Part shown: one piece after another, positions 1 to 9,405 of the stretch
Layout of the letters: every line of letters begins with the position of its first letter
How positions within the stretch are numbered: position 1 is the first letter of the stretch
DNA from: an uncultured delta proteobacterium
Lineage (GTDB): Bacteria > Desulfobacterota > Desulfobacteria > Desulfobacterales > B30-G6
DNA length: 64,000 bases
Direction: 5' to 3'
NCBI GenBank assembly: GCA_963823335.1
Contig: CAWGLD010000001.1
Location: 256,001 to 320,000, forward strand
Notes under the pieces: model-generated
Told to the model about the DNA's origin: nothing
Databases searched by the model: none
The model's input: the letters and a program-made list of their open reading frames with translations, nothing else
Position numbers and translations under genes: made by a program

Positions 1-1389
1 TTCCAGAAGCGTCTCTCCATAAAGAACACGCAGGGACGGGCGTTCTTTGATGCGATCATACATGAGGGGCTGGGTAAAATAAGGTTCATCCCCTTCATTG
101 TGCCCATACCTGCGATAACAGATCACATCGATGACCACATCCTTGCCGAATCGATGACGATAATCGGCCGCCAGTTTGCCAATATGAACCGCGGCCTCGG
201 GGTTTTCACCATGCACATGGAAAATAGGCACCATGAGCATTTTGGCGACATCGGTTGAATATCGGGTCGAGCGGGCATCTTCAGGCAGGGTGGTATAACC
301 GATCTGGTTATTGATAATGATATGGATGGTACCCCCGGTCTTGTAGCCCTTGAGCTGGGACATGTTTAAAGTCTCGGCCACCACGCCCTGCCCGGCAAAA
401 GCGGCATCGCCGTGAATGAGTACCGGAACCACCGTATTCGTCCCCATATTCGGCAGATCCTGTCTGGCACGGGCAACACCCTCTACCACAGGATCCACGG
501 CTTCCAGATGGCTGGGGTTGTTCACCAGAAACAACCGCACGTTCTTACCGGTATCCGTCTGAATGTCTGCAAGATAACCATTGTGGTATTTGACATCGCC
601 GGAACCCATGAGTTGCCCCGGATCATAGCAGCTCTCGAACTCTCTGAAAATTTCCTCATAAGGCTTCCCCAGGATGTGGCTTTGAACATTCAGCCGTCCC
701 CTGTGGGCCATTCCCAGAATGACTTCCCGGCAGCCGTTTTCGGAAACCTGCCGTACCAGTGTGTCCAGCAGGGGGATCACCACATCCCCACCCTCCAGGG
801 AAAAACGGGTCACCCCCATGTATTTCTTATTTAAATAGGCTTCAAACAGGGCCGTCTGATAGAGTCGTTTCAAGATGGTCATTTTTTCGGCGCTCTCGAC
901 TTGCAGCCTGTTCTGAATCGGCTCCATCCGGTCCTGAAGCCAGCGCCGTTCCTCGGGATCCTGAATATGCATGTATTCCACGCCGATCGAACGACAGTAG
1001 GTCTCTTTCAGAAGCAGCAGGATTTCTTTCAGGTTCCCGCCACCGCCCAGGAAGCTCGTCCCAGACACCTGTCTCTCAAAATCCGCTGTTGCCAAACCAA
1101 AACGTTCCAGCGACAGCAACGGATGTTCCATGGGACAAGCCTGCAGGGGGTCCATACATGACAGCATGTGTCCGAGGCAGCGATACCCGAATATCAACTG
1201 TTCGATAGCAGCCAGAAAGGATGGGTGGTCCGCCGTGTCCGTTGTTCCGGACACGAGTCCGCTTGAAAACGCGAGGTCGAAGCCCTTGAAAAACAGCTGC
1301 CAGTCATTTGAAACAGACGCGGGATCCTGTTTCCACTGCTGGTATTGTGATTCAATATAGTCACTATGGTATGTTTCAGGAAAACTCAT
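1..1389 (-). CDS. sucA: 2-oxoglutarate dehydrogenase E1 component (5' part; runs off the window start)
   Basis: Not in the ORF track. Manual translation from ATG 1389 gives MSFPETYHSDYIESQYQQWKQDPASVSNDWQLFFKGF; near the window start it reads KDVVIDVICYRRYGHNEGDEPYFTQPLMY, a SucA signature. Confidence 0.93.
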   Translation of the reverse strand, partial: MSFPETYHSDYIESQYQQWKQDPASVSNDWQLFFKGFDLAFSSGLVSGTTDTADHPSFLAAIEQLIFGYRCLGHMLSCMDPLQACPMEHPLLSLERFGLATADFERQVSGTSFLGGGGNLKEILLLLKETYCRSIGVEYMHIQDPEERRWLQDRMEPIQNRLQVESAEKMTILKRLYQTALFEAYLNKKYMGVTRFSLEGGDVVIPLLDTLVRQVSENGCREVILGMAHRGRLNVQSHILGKPYEEIFREFESCYDPGQLMGSGDVKYHNGYLADIQTDTGKNVRLFLVNNPSHLEAVDPVVEGVARARQDLPNMGTNTVVPVLIHGDAAFAGQGVVAETLNMSQLKGYKTGGTIHIIINNQIGYTTLPEDARSTRYSTDVAKMLMVPIFHVHGENPEAAVHIGKLAADYRHRFGKDVVIDVICYRRYGHNEGDEPYFTQPLMYDRIKERPSLRVLYGETLLE

Positions 1390-1450
1390 AAATGAGAAAC
1401 TCCTCTCTGATGGCTGAAGTGTTTTACAGTATCACTCTGGCCTTCGCTAT

Positions 1451-2128
1451 TCAAGATACAACTCCTCTAATCTTTTTGATCAACTTGGGGATGAAAAAGG
1501 AAAACACAAACAAGCCAATGGAGAAAAAAAACTTGAATGAAATCAATTCCCCCCAATTTCCGGAAGCCCAGACATCCTTCAGGGTGCCGATGAAAAAAGT
1601 GAAAATAAAGGTGCCGACGATGATACCCAGACCCGTCCCGGACAGATAGTCCCAGAACCGGACCTTTGTCAGCCCCATGCCAAAATTCATGGGGGTAAAC
1701 GGGAAGTAAACCAGCCGCAGGTAAAGGACCGTCTTAAAACCATTGCGCTCGATACCATCATCGTATTTTTGAAATTTGTCACCCACCAGGGATGCCGCAA
1801 ATTCACGCCCAAGGGTCCGGCCGATGCCGAACGCCGCACCGGCACCTATCATGGCGCCGATCCATACCCACAAAAATCCCCAATATGGACCGAATATGGC
1901 CGCCCCGAGACCTGTTAACAGGGACCCTGGAACAAACAGGCAAACGCCGGCAGCATACACACCGATAAATAACAGTGGCCCCCAGAAACCTGCTTTATCA
2001 AGAAGCGCGCCCAGGGACTCCGGTGTCAGGTAGGTCATGACCGGTGTCAGTCGAACCAGCGCAACGGCCGTAAGAATGAAGACCATCAGCAAGAAGATCT
2101 TCAAGGTTACCATATATTTTTTCCCCAT
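1451..2128 (-). CDS. TVP38/TMEM64 (VTT/DedA-like) membrane protein
   Basis: Hydrophobic 225 aa with FVPGSLLT..GAAIFG and LRLVYFPF motifs. Confidence 0.85.
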   Translation of the reverse strand: MGKKYMVTLKIFLLMVFILTAVALVRLTPVMTYLTPESLGALLDKAGFWGPLLFIGVYAAGVCLFVPGSLLTGLGAAIFGPYWGFLWVWIGAMIGAGAAFGIGRTLGREFAASLVGDKFQKYDDGIERNGFKTVLYLRLVYFPFTPMNFGMGLTKVRFWDYLSGTGLGIIVGTFIFTFFIGTLKDVWASGNWGELISFKFFFSIGLFVFSFFIPKLIKKIRGVVS

Positions 2129-2162
2129 CTGTCACCACCATTTCTCTGCTAATCGCTTTAAA

Positions 2163-2195
2163 AAAGACGCTGTCGCGTTTAATAAAATCGTTACA
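2163..2195 (+). repeat. short hairpin repeat family F, copy with imperfect left arm
   Basis: AAAGAC-GCT-GTCGCGTTTAATAAAATCGTTACA. Confidence 0.6.
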
Positions 2196-2207
2196 TGCTT
2201 TTATTTT

Positions 2208-2235
2208 CCTGAACTCAGGGGGTGATAGAGCCCCC
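2208..2235 (-). promoter_or_regulatory. candidate SECIS element of arsS
   Basis: After the UGA: GGGGGCUCUAUCACCCCCUGAGUUCAGG. Hairpin CCUG-AGUU-CAGG has a loop G 22 nt from the UGA; the stem is short and alternative pairings exist. Confidence 0.5.
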
Positions 2236-3204
2236 TCAGGTAAACCCCGAACCGGCCGTACAGGCGTAGCAGTGGTCAGCCGTCGCAATGATATCACCGG
2301 CTTCGGGTCGTCCCTCCATTTCAGACACATGGGTTTTTCCAGCGCCCATGTGAATACCCCGGGCCAGATTAAAATCACAATCGTACAGATACCCATCCCA
2401 TGAGACGGATACCATGGTTCTGCACATGACATCTGACAGAGCACACGGGTTAAAGCTCGAGGCCAGTTTTTCCATATACAGGGCAAAATTACCCGACTGC
2501 AAAAGCCACTCACGGTAACGGCCCAGAGGAACGTTGGCAAAACTGAACAGGTTATTGAAACAAATCCCCCAGTTTTTCTCCAGAATCCGTCTGAATCGCT
2601 GCTCCGCCTGGTCCTGTGGAGCGGGCATAAATGCACCGGATGGGTTTGACACCAGGTTCAGCTCCAGACCGGAACCCTCTTTGCCATACCCCAGCCGGTT
2701 CAATTTCAGCAGGGCTTCGATGCTGATGTCGAAAATGCCCTTTCCCCGCTGGGATTCGGTCTGGGATGCATTCAGGGAGGGAAGTGACGCTACCACCACA
2801 ACCTGGTTGGCCTTCAGGCTCTGCATCAAACCTTCCATTTTTGAGCGGTTCAGTGCTGAAAGGTTGGATCGGAACATCACGCGCGGTACCAGTGCCGCCA
2901 TCTGCTCGATAAGCGCTTGCACATGGGGGTTCAGTTCCGGCGCCCCGCCTGTGATGTCGATCACATCAAAATGACTGCGCCGGGCATAGTCCACCACGGC
3001 CAGCATCGTCTCCCCGGTCATGCTCTCCGTTCGATCAGGTCCGGCATCCAGGTGACAGTGTCGACATTTTTGATTGCACAGTAAACCCACATTTATCTGC
3101 AAGGTGCGTGTCTGGTTACGTCTCAGCTTGAGCCCGTGGCTCGAAAGCATCAGATGAAACGGGTCAATTTGGGCTTCGGATATTATTTGCTCTTGTTCCA
3201 ACAC
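2215..3204 (-). CDS. arsS: ArsS-family radical SAM/Cys-rich domain protein, probable selenoprotein (Sec at TGA 2236-2238)
   Basis: CNQKCRHC radical SAM motif and YDCDFN; C-terminus HCYACTAGSGFT-TGA-GGSITP-stop, where Cys-type homologs read CTAGxGSSCGG. Confidence 0.85.
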
Positions 3205-3301
3205 GTCGATAATATTCCTTTCAAACGAATAGTAGCTTAAAAATACCAGACCCTACGACGCTCGTTCTGTAACCGAATTTCTCAATTCCCGTTGAACTTG
3301 T

Positions 3302-3331
3302 AGCGGCAACGCCGCGTATTAAACATTCGTT
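3302..3331 (+). repeat. short hairpin repeat family F, divergent copy
   Basis: AGCGGC-AAC-GCCGCGTATTAAACATTCGTT. Confidence 0.45.
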
Positions 3332-3341
3332 AGGCGAATGT

Positions 3342-3674
3342 TTACATGGACAGCTTTTCCGCAATATTGCGTGCCTGAATACCGTGTACAAGGGACGCCC
3401 CCCCGCGAATGGCAGTTGCCACGTGAACCGCCTCTGTCATCTCTCCCATGTTCGATCCCCTTTCCAGACATTTCTGGGTAAAGGAATCGATGCAGTAAGG
3501 GCACTGAATGGCGTGCGCCACGGCCAGTGCGATCAGAGATTTTTCTCTGAGGGTCAATTCGCCTTCCGAAAAAACCTCGTTATAATACTCAAAATATTTT
3601 TTGGCCATCTGAGGTGCTTCTTTGCCTATTTCACCGAATTTCGGCAGATCTTCGCGTTTGTAGTACTCTTCCAT
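3342..3674 (-). CDS. AhpD/carboxymuconolactone decarboxylase-like protein (ArsS-associated peroxidase-like)
   Basis: REKSLIALAVAHAIQCPYCID motif; directly upstream of arsS. Confidence 0.88.
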   Translation of the reverse strand: MEEYYKREDLPKFGEIGKEAPQMAKKYFEYYNEVFSEGELTLREKSLIALAVAHAIQCPYCIDSFTQKCLERGSNMGEMTEAVHVATAIRGGASLVHGIQARNIAEKLSM

Positions 3675-3756
3675 TCCCTTCTCCCCTTTTTTTACCAGTG
3701 AGTCCCTTCACTGACAACTGGCATAACCCTTTGATAAATAAGTCTTGAGATGATCT

Positions 3757-3901
3757 TAGACTCTATCTCAACATAAAGATTTTGGCTCAATATCAAGGCG
3801 GGGCAGAATTTCAACCCGCAGACATACTCAAGTATGTCGAGGACTTGAAACGAGGGCTCAACACCGAGATTGGGCCAAAAGATTATGTTGAGATGATTCT
3901 A
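3757..3901. mobile_element. MITE-like inverted-repeat element family A, copy 1 (145 bp)
   Basis: Ends TAGACTCTATCTCAACATAA / TTATGTTGAGATGATTCTA; interior matches the elements at 23294 (inverted) and 23591. Confidence 0.75.
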
Positions 3902-5359
3902 GTCTTCTCGCAGCGAGCACGCCCGCCCCTTCAACTGAAAAAAGAACTTCAAACCTTTCTGTACTTTTTCCGAAAATATCTTGGGTGAAAAAAAGCTGCC
4001 GGCAACCCTCTTGTTGATCTCACCCATGGTTGGATAGGGATGGACAGCTGCCGCCAGTGTAGACAATTTCACTTTTCCATTCAGAATCGCCACCCATTCA
4101 CTCAGCAGGTCACCTGCCCTGGGCCCCAGGATCTGAACACCGAGGGGCTTTTCCCTGGCATCGAGAATCATTTTTACACATCCGCTTGTTTCATCCTCGG
4201 CCAGACTCCTGTCATTGTCTTTGAACTCCTCCCTCCAGACGGTGTAGTCAAGCCCCTTGGACGCGGCTGTCTTTTCATTCATGCCGATGCTGGCAAGTTC
4301 AGGGTCGGTATAGGTGCACCAGGGCAGATAGGTATAGTCGGCTTTTCGCGGCAGTCGAAAGATTGCATTGCTCACGACAATACCCCCTTCATAACCGGCG
4401 GCATGCGTAAACTGGAACCCGCCGCTCACATCCCCCGCAGCATAGATATGCTTATGACTGGTACGCATCCGGCTATCCACAGTGATACCATACCGATTAT
4501 ATGTCACACCGATGTCATCGAGACCCAGGTTTTGTACGTTGGGTGTCCGGCCCATGGCCACGAGGATCTCTTCCGCGTTCAGAACTTTGCTCTCGCCGGT
4601 CCTGTCTTGTATCTTGATAGACTTTTGTCCCCCGGTTTCAAGGACCTGCTCAATGGACGCTTCCAGAAAAAAATTCACACCCTCATCTTGCATGACCGAT
4701 ACCAGCATGTCAGCCATGTCCTTGTCTTCCTTCCCCAGAATCTGATCAGACCGGTCCACCACGGTCACCTTGGTTCCCAGGCGGTTGAATGCCTGGGCCA
4801 TTTCGATACCGATGGGTCCCCCACCCAAAATGACCATGCTTTCCGGGAGGTGATCCAGGGAAAAAATCTCCCGGTTGGTCAAAAACGTTGTGTCGAACAA
4901 ACCGGGTATGGGTGGTACCGCGGGCGACGAGCCGGTAGCGATGACCCAGTATTTAGCGGATTGCCGCTTCCCGTCCAGGTCGATGGTATGTTCGTCCATA
5001 AAAACGGCTTGGCCGAAAACAACCTTGGCTCCCAATCCGCAAAACCGGGCTTCCGAGTCATGCTGCTGGATGGTTGCGATAACCTTCCGGATGCGTTTGG
5101 CAACCTGCCTGAAATCAACCGGCGGGATACTGGCCTTGGGCAGACCGAATCTTTGGGCGTGCTGCATCAGATGATAAACGTGAGCCGAATGGATCAGGGT
5201 TTTACTCGGAACACACCCGAAATGAAGGCAATCCCCCCCCAAGGACGGCTCTTTCTCGATCAACAGCACCTTGGCACCCAGCTGGGCAGCGCCCGAGGCA
5301 ACCGTCAAACCGGCAGCACCACCACCGATAATGCCGATATCATAATCAAAGTCAGCCAT
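3899..5359 (-). CDS. pyridine nucleotide-disulfide oxidoreductase (Lpd/MerA-like family)
   Basis: GGGAAG FAD-binding motif, GGDCLHFGCVPSK redox disulfide, GGGPIG, HPYPT. Confidence 0.9.
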   Translation of the reverse strand: MADFDYDIGIIGGGAAGLTVASGAAQLGAKVLLIEKEPSLGGDCLHFGCVPSKTLIHSAHVYHLMQHAQRFGLPKASIPPVDFRQVAKRIRKVIATIQQHDSEARFCGLGAKVVFGQAVFMDEHTIDLDGKRQSAKYWVIATGSSPAVPPIPGLFDTTFLTNREIFSLDHLPESMVILGGGPIGIEMAQAFNRLGTKVTVVDRSDQILGKEDKDMADMLVSVMQDEGVNFFLEASIEQVLETGGQKSIKIQDRTGESKVLNAEEILVAMGRTPNVQNLGLDDIGVTYNRYGITVDSRMRTSHKHIYAAGDVSGGFQFTHAAGYEGGIVVSNAIFRLPRKADYTYLPWCTYTDPELASIGMNEKTAASKGLDYTVWREEFKDNDRSLAEDETSGCVKMILDAREKPLGVQILGPRAGDLLSEWVAILNGKVKLSTLAAAVHPYPTMGEINKRVAGSFFSPKIFSEKVQKGLKFFFQLKGRACSLRED

Positions 5360-5467
5360 ATACGCCTCCCATCATTTCGTTGGATATGTTCACACTTTCG
5401 TCCACAAGAACACGGATGGTGTAATTTTTTTGTATCGCATTTACTTGAATTACTTTCTATCCTTGAA

Positions 5468-5517
5468 GCTGTCAGCCCCCTTCCAATCCTTGTATCACCC
5501 TCGGACCCTCAAACCCT
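5468..5517 (-). repeat. G-rich intergenic repeat family D
   Basis: Reverse complement resembles GGGTTYRAGGGNCCNAGGGTGATACAAGG...GCTGACAGC at 25421 and 46631. Confidence 0.65.
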
Positions 5518-5584
5518 TTTATTTTATATGTCGTAACACAGACCAAACCCTTACATGCAAATGTATTTAGAAGCTATTTATGGA

Positions 5585-5815
5585 TCAGGTATCATCATCT
5601 CTCCGGGGCCACGCCACATTCTTACGCTCTTCCACAAAATAACAAAAACGGTTCCATTCAAACGTCTTCAGGCTGATGGGACATTCAAGCGTGATTTTTC
5701 GATCCGTCATACCCACAACTTTCCAGTCACCCTTGCGCGGACCGTTTTCAATATAGATTTTCTGACCTACGGCAAAATCATAGGGTCTGAATATCGTGAC
5801 CGTCTCTTTCTCCAT
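5585..5815 (-). CDS. hypothetical protein (76 aa) coupled to iorB
   Basis: Start overlaps the iorB stop (TAATG); plausible protein composition. Confidence 0.7.
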   Translation of the reverse strand: MEKETVTIFRPYDFAVGQKIYIENGPRKGDWKVVGMTDRKITLECPISLKTFEWNRFCYFVEERKNVAWPRRDDDT

Positions 5816-6387
5816 TACACTCCCCCCTTAAAAAGTTTCAGGTTCCGTTCCAATGCACTCCCCTGAAGCAGATCTTCCATTGCATTCCTATAATGTATCT
5901 CCTGGATACCCGCTATCAACTCATTTTTATGGATCGTGGACAGAACTGCGGTGTTCTGCATCCGGATGTCTTCCAGGTCTGGATGAAAAACGACATAGTC
6001 CGTGATATCCCGTGCCCGGCATACGCGCTGAATATCCGAAACCTGTATCTCTGCCGAATGGTTCAAACGAACATCCAGGGGTTGCCAGACCGTGTCGTAG
6101 TACACCAGGGTTCCGCCATCCCTGGCTGCGGTTTTCAATCCACGTAATGCTTCATGACGCTCCAGGGCAACGACCAGGTCCGCCTGCCCTCTCTGTATAA
6201 GCGGAGAGAACACGTTGTCCCCCAGACGCAGTTGGGACACCACCACACCACCCCTCTGAGCCAGACCGTGAGTATCCACAGCCTTGACCCGAAAACCGGC
6301 ATAATCGGCCGCCCTCAGGAGAACTTCGCTTAAAAGACCGACCCCCTGCCCTCCGACTCCTATTAAGAAAATATTAAATGGTTTCAT
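5815..6387 (-). CDS. iorB: indolepyruvate:ferredoxin oxidoreductase beta subunit
   Basis: GVGGQG and HGLAQRGG motifs; downstream of iorA. Confidence 0.88.
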   Translation of the reverse strand: MKPFNIFLIGVGGQGVGLLSEVLLRAADYAGFRVKAVDTHGLAQRGGVVVSQLRLGDNVFSPLIQRGQADLVVALERHEALRGLKTAARDGGTLVYYDTVWQPLDVRLNHSAEIQVSDIQRVCRARDITDYVVFHPDLEDIRMQNTAVLSTIHKNELIAGIQEIHYRNAMEDLLQGSALERNLKLFKGGV

Positions 6388-6526
6388 GAGATATTCCCTG
6401 ATGGCTTCATTTAAACGATGTAATTGCAGGGCAAGTATTACATGACAGACGCTTTAAACTGTGAGCCAATAGCCATAAGCTGTAAGCGCTAAGCTTTTAA
6501 AAACAAACAGCATAAGGCGGTCTGCA

Positions 6527-6675
6527 CACCCTCGAATCCTTGACTCCTTGGCCCCTCGAACCCCTATTAGTCTTTTAGGGGCCTATCGCTGTCAGCCACC
6601 CCCCAACCCTTGTATCACCCTCGAACCCTTGTATCACCCTCCAACCCTTGTATCACCCTCCAACCCTTGTACCCT
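6527..6675 (-). repeat. family D repeat region with about 3.5 tandem copies of a 19-bp unit
   Basis: Plus-strand unit AACCCTTGTATCACCCTCS at 6605, 6624 and 6643, partial at 6662; no spacers. Confidence 0.85.
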
Positions 6676-6684
6676 ATTTATAAA

Positions 6685-8556
6685 TCACCTGGGCTTCTCG
6701 ATAGCCTGGGTGGGGCATGTCTGGAGACATGACCCATCACCGATACAGAGGTCCTGGTTGATGGTCACCTTCCCATCCTTGTGTCTGGTAAATGTCGGGC
6801 ACCCGAAGGATGCCACACACACGTGTGCCTGGTCACACAATTCCTGATCGATATGAACCTGTTTGGCCTGATAGCCGGGCTTTCTCCGTGCTTCCCGCGT
6901 GAATTTCAGCATACACGGATGTCTTGCGATTACCACACTGAATTCCGGATTCTCCAATGCTGTTTTTACCATTTCCGTCAACTTTGATTGCTGATATGTA
7001 TCGACTTCGTAGAGATGTTTTACACCGAGACCTTCCAACACCTGCCGCACCGGAATCTTGTCCGTGGGGCCGTTGAAATTTTGCCCCGCTGCCGCATGGT
7101 CCTGTTGACCGGTCATGGCCGTGGTACCATTTTCCATGAGAATCAAGGTGATGGGATGCTGGTTGAAAATGGAATTGAGAATACCCGGCAAGCCTGCATG
7201 AAAAAGGGTCGAGTCGCCCATGAAAACGACGACCTTTCTCGAAACGTTGAAAAGAGAGAGACCGGAACCAATACCCGGAGAGGCACCCATGCACATCATG
7301 ATCTGGCCCATCTCGTATGGAGGCAGATACCCCAGAGTGTGACAACCGATATCGGCAACCGTAATATCCTGACTGGAAAGGGCTTTTTTGATGGCATGAA
7401 ATGCGCTGCGATGACCGCACCCCGGACACATCTGGGGAGGACGCTCCAATACCACCTCCGGTAAAACAGCTTCCGGGTTTCTGGTGTCAAGCATGTCGGG
7501 CCAGGTGTCGGTCAACACGTCCTGGACTCTGTCCGAGGTGTATTCCCCGATCCATGCCTCAGGATCCATCTTGCCTATAATACGAGTTGTCAAGCCGGCA
7601 TCATAGGCCAGGGCCTTGACCTCTTTTTCCAGAAGATTGTCCAATTCCTCCAGTATTTTCACCTCATCATGGGTCTTCACAAACGCTTCAACAATTTTAC
7701 CGGGAATCGGGTGAACAAACCCAAGCTTCAGGATATCCGGTTTCTCGCTCACTTTTTCCAGGACATCCATCAGGGACAGAGATGGAAGCCCCATGGTAAT
7801 AATACCCCTGCGCTGGTTGTGGTTGTCAACCAGCTGGTTAAGATTCGATTCATTGGCGACCATTTCGATCTGCCCCAGTTTACGAAGGGCCGCCCTTTTT
7901 CTGCTCAAGGCCTCCTGGGTAATCGGAATATGGGGGCCGCCGGTCACATCAAAACGAGGTGTATCATCCGGCTGTGTCGGCCTGAATGCGGAAAATGCCA
8001 CTTTCTCTTTTGCGTGGCAGACATGGGTCGTGAGCCGTAAAATGATTGGCATGTGATACCTGCGGGACAATCTTGCCGCTTCCTTGTAAAAAATATACCC
8101 TTCCGAAGGACTCGATGGCTCCAGCACCGGTGTGTAGCTCATCTGAGCAAAATGTCGATTGTCCTGTTCGTTCTGGGAGGAATTTGCACCAGGGTCATCA
8201 CCCAGTACCACCACCATCCCGCCAAGGATGTTCATGAGGCTGAGTTGAACCAGGGTGTCGGAAGCCACATTCAAGCCTACGCTTTTGAAGAAAACAGTGG
8301 ACAAATGCCCATTGATGGCGGCACCGAACGCCACTTCCGTGGCAACTTTTTCATTGATCGAAAATTCAAAATAGAAAGGTCGATCAGGCTTGGGTATGGA
8401 TTTGATGGCTGTGGCGATTTCAGGCGTAGGCGATCCAGGATAAGACGTGACCACCCGCGTGCCCGCCTCAATCATCGCGCGAACAAGAGCTGTATTGCCC
8501 ATGACGATTTCTTCAAATGGTCCTTCTCTCATCAACATGGCGCCCATATGTTTCAT
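6685..8556 (-). CDS. iorA: indolepyruvate:ferredoxin oxidoreductase alpha subunit
   Basis: YPGSPTPEI, NEKVA, SSQNEQD, RPPQMCPGCGHR, DIGCH, GDST..H TPP motif, C-terminal ferredoxin domain. Confidence 0.92.
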   Translation of the reverse strand: MKHMGAMLMREGPFEEIVMGNTALVRAMIEAGTRVVTSYPGSPTPEIATAIKSIPKPDRPFYFEFSINEKVATEVAFGAAINGHLSTVFFKSVGLNVASDTLVQLSLMNILGGMVVVLGDDPGANSSQNEQDNRHFAQMSYTPVLEPSSPSEGYIFYKEAARLSRRYHMPIILRLTTHVCHAKEKVAFSAFRPTQPDDTPRFDVTGGPHIPITQEALSRKRAALRKLGQIEMVANESNLNQLVDNHNQRRGIITMGLPSLSLMDVLEKVSEKPDILKLGFVHPIPGKIVEAFVKTHDEVKILEELDNLLEKEVKALAYDAGLTTRIIGKMDPEAWIGEYTSDRVQDVLTDTWPDMLDTRNPEAVLPEVVLERPPQMCPGCGHRSAFHAIKKALSSQDITVADIGCHTLGYLPPYEMGQIMMCMGASPGIGSGLSLFNVSRKVVVFMGDSTLFHAGLPGILNSIFNQHPITLILMENGTTAMTGQQDHAAAGQNFNGPTDKIPVRQVLEGLGVKHLYEVDTYQQSKLTEMVKTALENPEFSVVIARHPCMLKFTREARRKPGYQAKQVHIDQELCDQAHVCVASFGCPTFTRHKDGKVTINQDLCIGDGSCLQTCPTQAIEKPR

Positions 8557-8642
8557 GATATCAGCTCCTAAAGAGTGTGATTACGCTAAGTCCCCACAAT
8601 ATTGTTGCATTATTTAAAATAATATTTAAAATTAAGTAATGA

Positions 8643-8687
8643 ATAAAATCGTTATACGATTTTATTTGAACGCGACGTTGTCGCTTT
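8643..8687 (-). repeat. short hairpin repeat family F, with an extra ATAAAATCGT inverted repeat
   Basis: Plus strand ATAAAATCGT-TAT-ACGATTTTAT-TTGAAC-GCGAC-GTT-GTCGC-TTT. Confidence 0.65.
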
Positions 8688-8741
8688 AACATTGTTTTTC
8701 CCCGAGCAACGGGAAAAAACAATGATAACGGAGGTTCTGGT

Positions 8742-9374
8742 ATGACTGTCAATAAAGAATGGACCATGGATGCTACCCTGCCCCAAACAAGCTCATCCGA
8801 CTTGCGAGGTCGGCAATCGGTTCGGGCGACCTTTAAGCTGACCGAGGTATGTATCGGTGCCATCAGTATTGTCGCAACCCATCTGGGGATCAAGCAAAAA
8901 TCTCTATTCGACCATCTTGTGGAAGACATGAGTTCCCTGAAAGCCATCGCCCGCGAATTGAAAAATACCAACGTTCACGCTCAGAACCGAATCCAAAAAA
9001 CATTTGTGATCAGCCGCAAATCCCTTCACTCCCTTGAAACCGTGTCCAAAAGCCACAATGCTCCGCGCGACGCCCTGGTTGAATTTTCCGTCCAGAGGTT
9101 GCTACCCATTATCGTCAATGAGCAACAAAGACACCAGACCCGAAAAATAATACGCAACGAAATTGTAGCGCACTTCAAGACCGGAAAAACGCTCCTGGCC
9201 AGGATCAGGAGTGCCCTGGGCACGGAAGATCCCGTTTTCAACAGGATGTCCGCTCTAATGACGAACTATGACAACACGTTTGCAGCGATTGACGCCTTTA
9301 TTGAACGAGGCAAATTAATCGAAGACTTCGATCCGGAGATGCTGAAGCAGATGATCGAAACCCTCGATGGATAG
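8742..9374 (+). CDS. hypothetical protein, possible tandem ribbon-helix-helix DNA-binding protein
   Basis: GGAGG RBS; two RHH-like segments (SVRATFKLTE..., RIQKTFVISRKS...). Confidence 0.75.
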   Translation: MTVNKEWTMDATLPQTSSSDLRGRQSVRATFKLTEVCIGAISIVATHLGIKQKSLFDHLVEDMSSLKAIARELKNTNVHAQNRIQKTFVISRKSLHSLETVSKSHNAPRDALVEFSVQRLLPIIVNEQQRHQTRKIIRNEIVAHFKTGKTLLARIRSALGTEDPVFNRMSALMTNYDNTFAAIDAFIERGKLIEDFDPEMLKQMIETLDG

Positions 9375-9405
9375 GTTCACAGCCCTGCAGATGCGCCAGG
9401 GCACC

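Noticed and set aside
3782-3988. 68-aa ORF (also 23343..23543 and 23500..23883)
   Set aside because: These are read through family A repeat elements and are most likely spurious.
3899-5359. True mercuric reductase merA
   Set aside because: No N-terminal metal-binding domain, no C-terminal vicinal Cys pair and no mer genes nearby.
4040-5536. Long antisense ORF (498 aa) and similar shadow ORFs such as 16460..17293, 43179..44150 and 46828..47904
   Set aside because: They lie opposite well-supported genes and show no recognisable motifs.
5585-5587. Further Sec codons at other TGA stops (for example 5585, 29768, 36079)
   Set aside because: No Cys-type motif context; some are ordinary ATGA overlaps with the next gene.
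6605-6675. CRISPR array
   Set aside because: Contiguous 19-bp units with no spacers and no cas genes.
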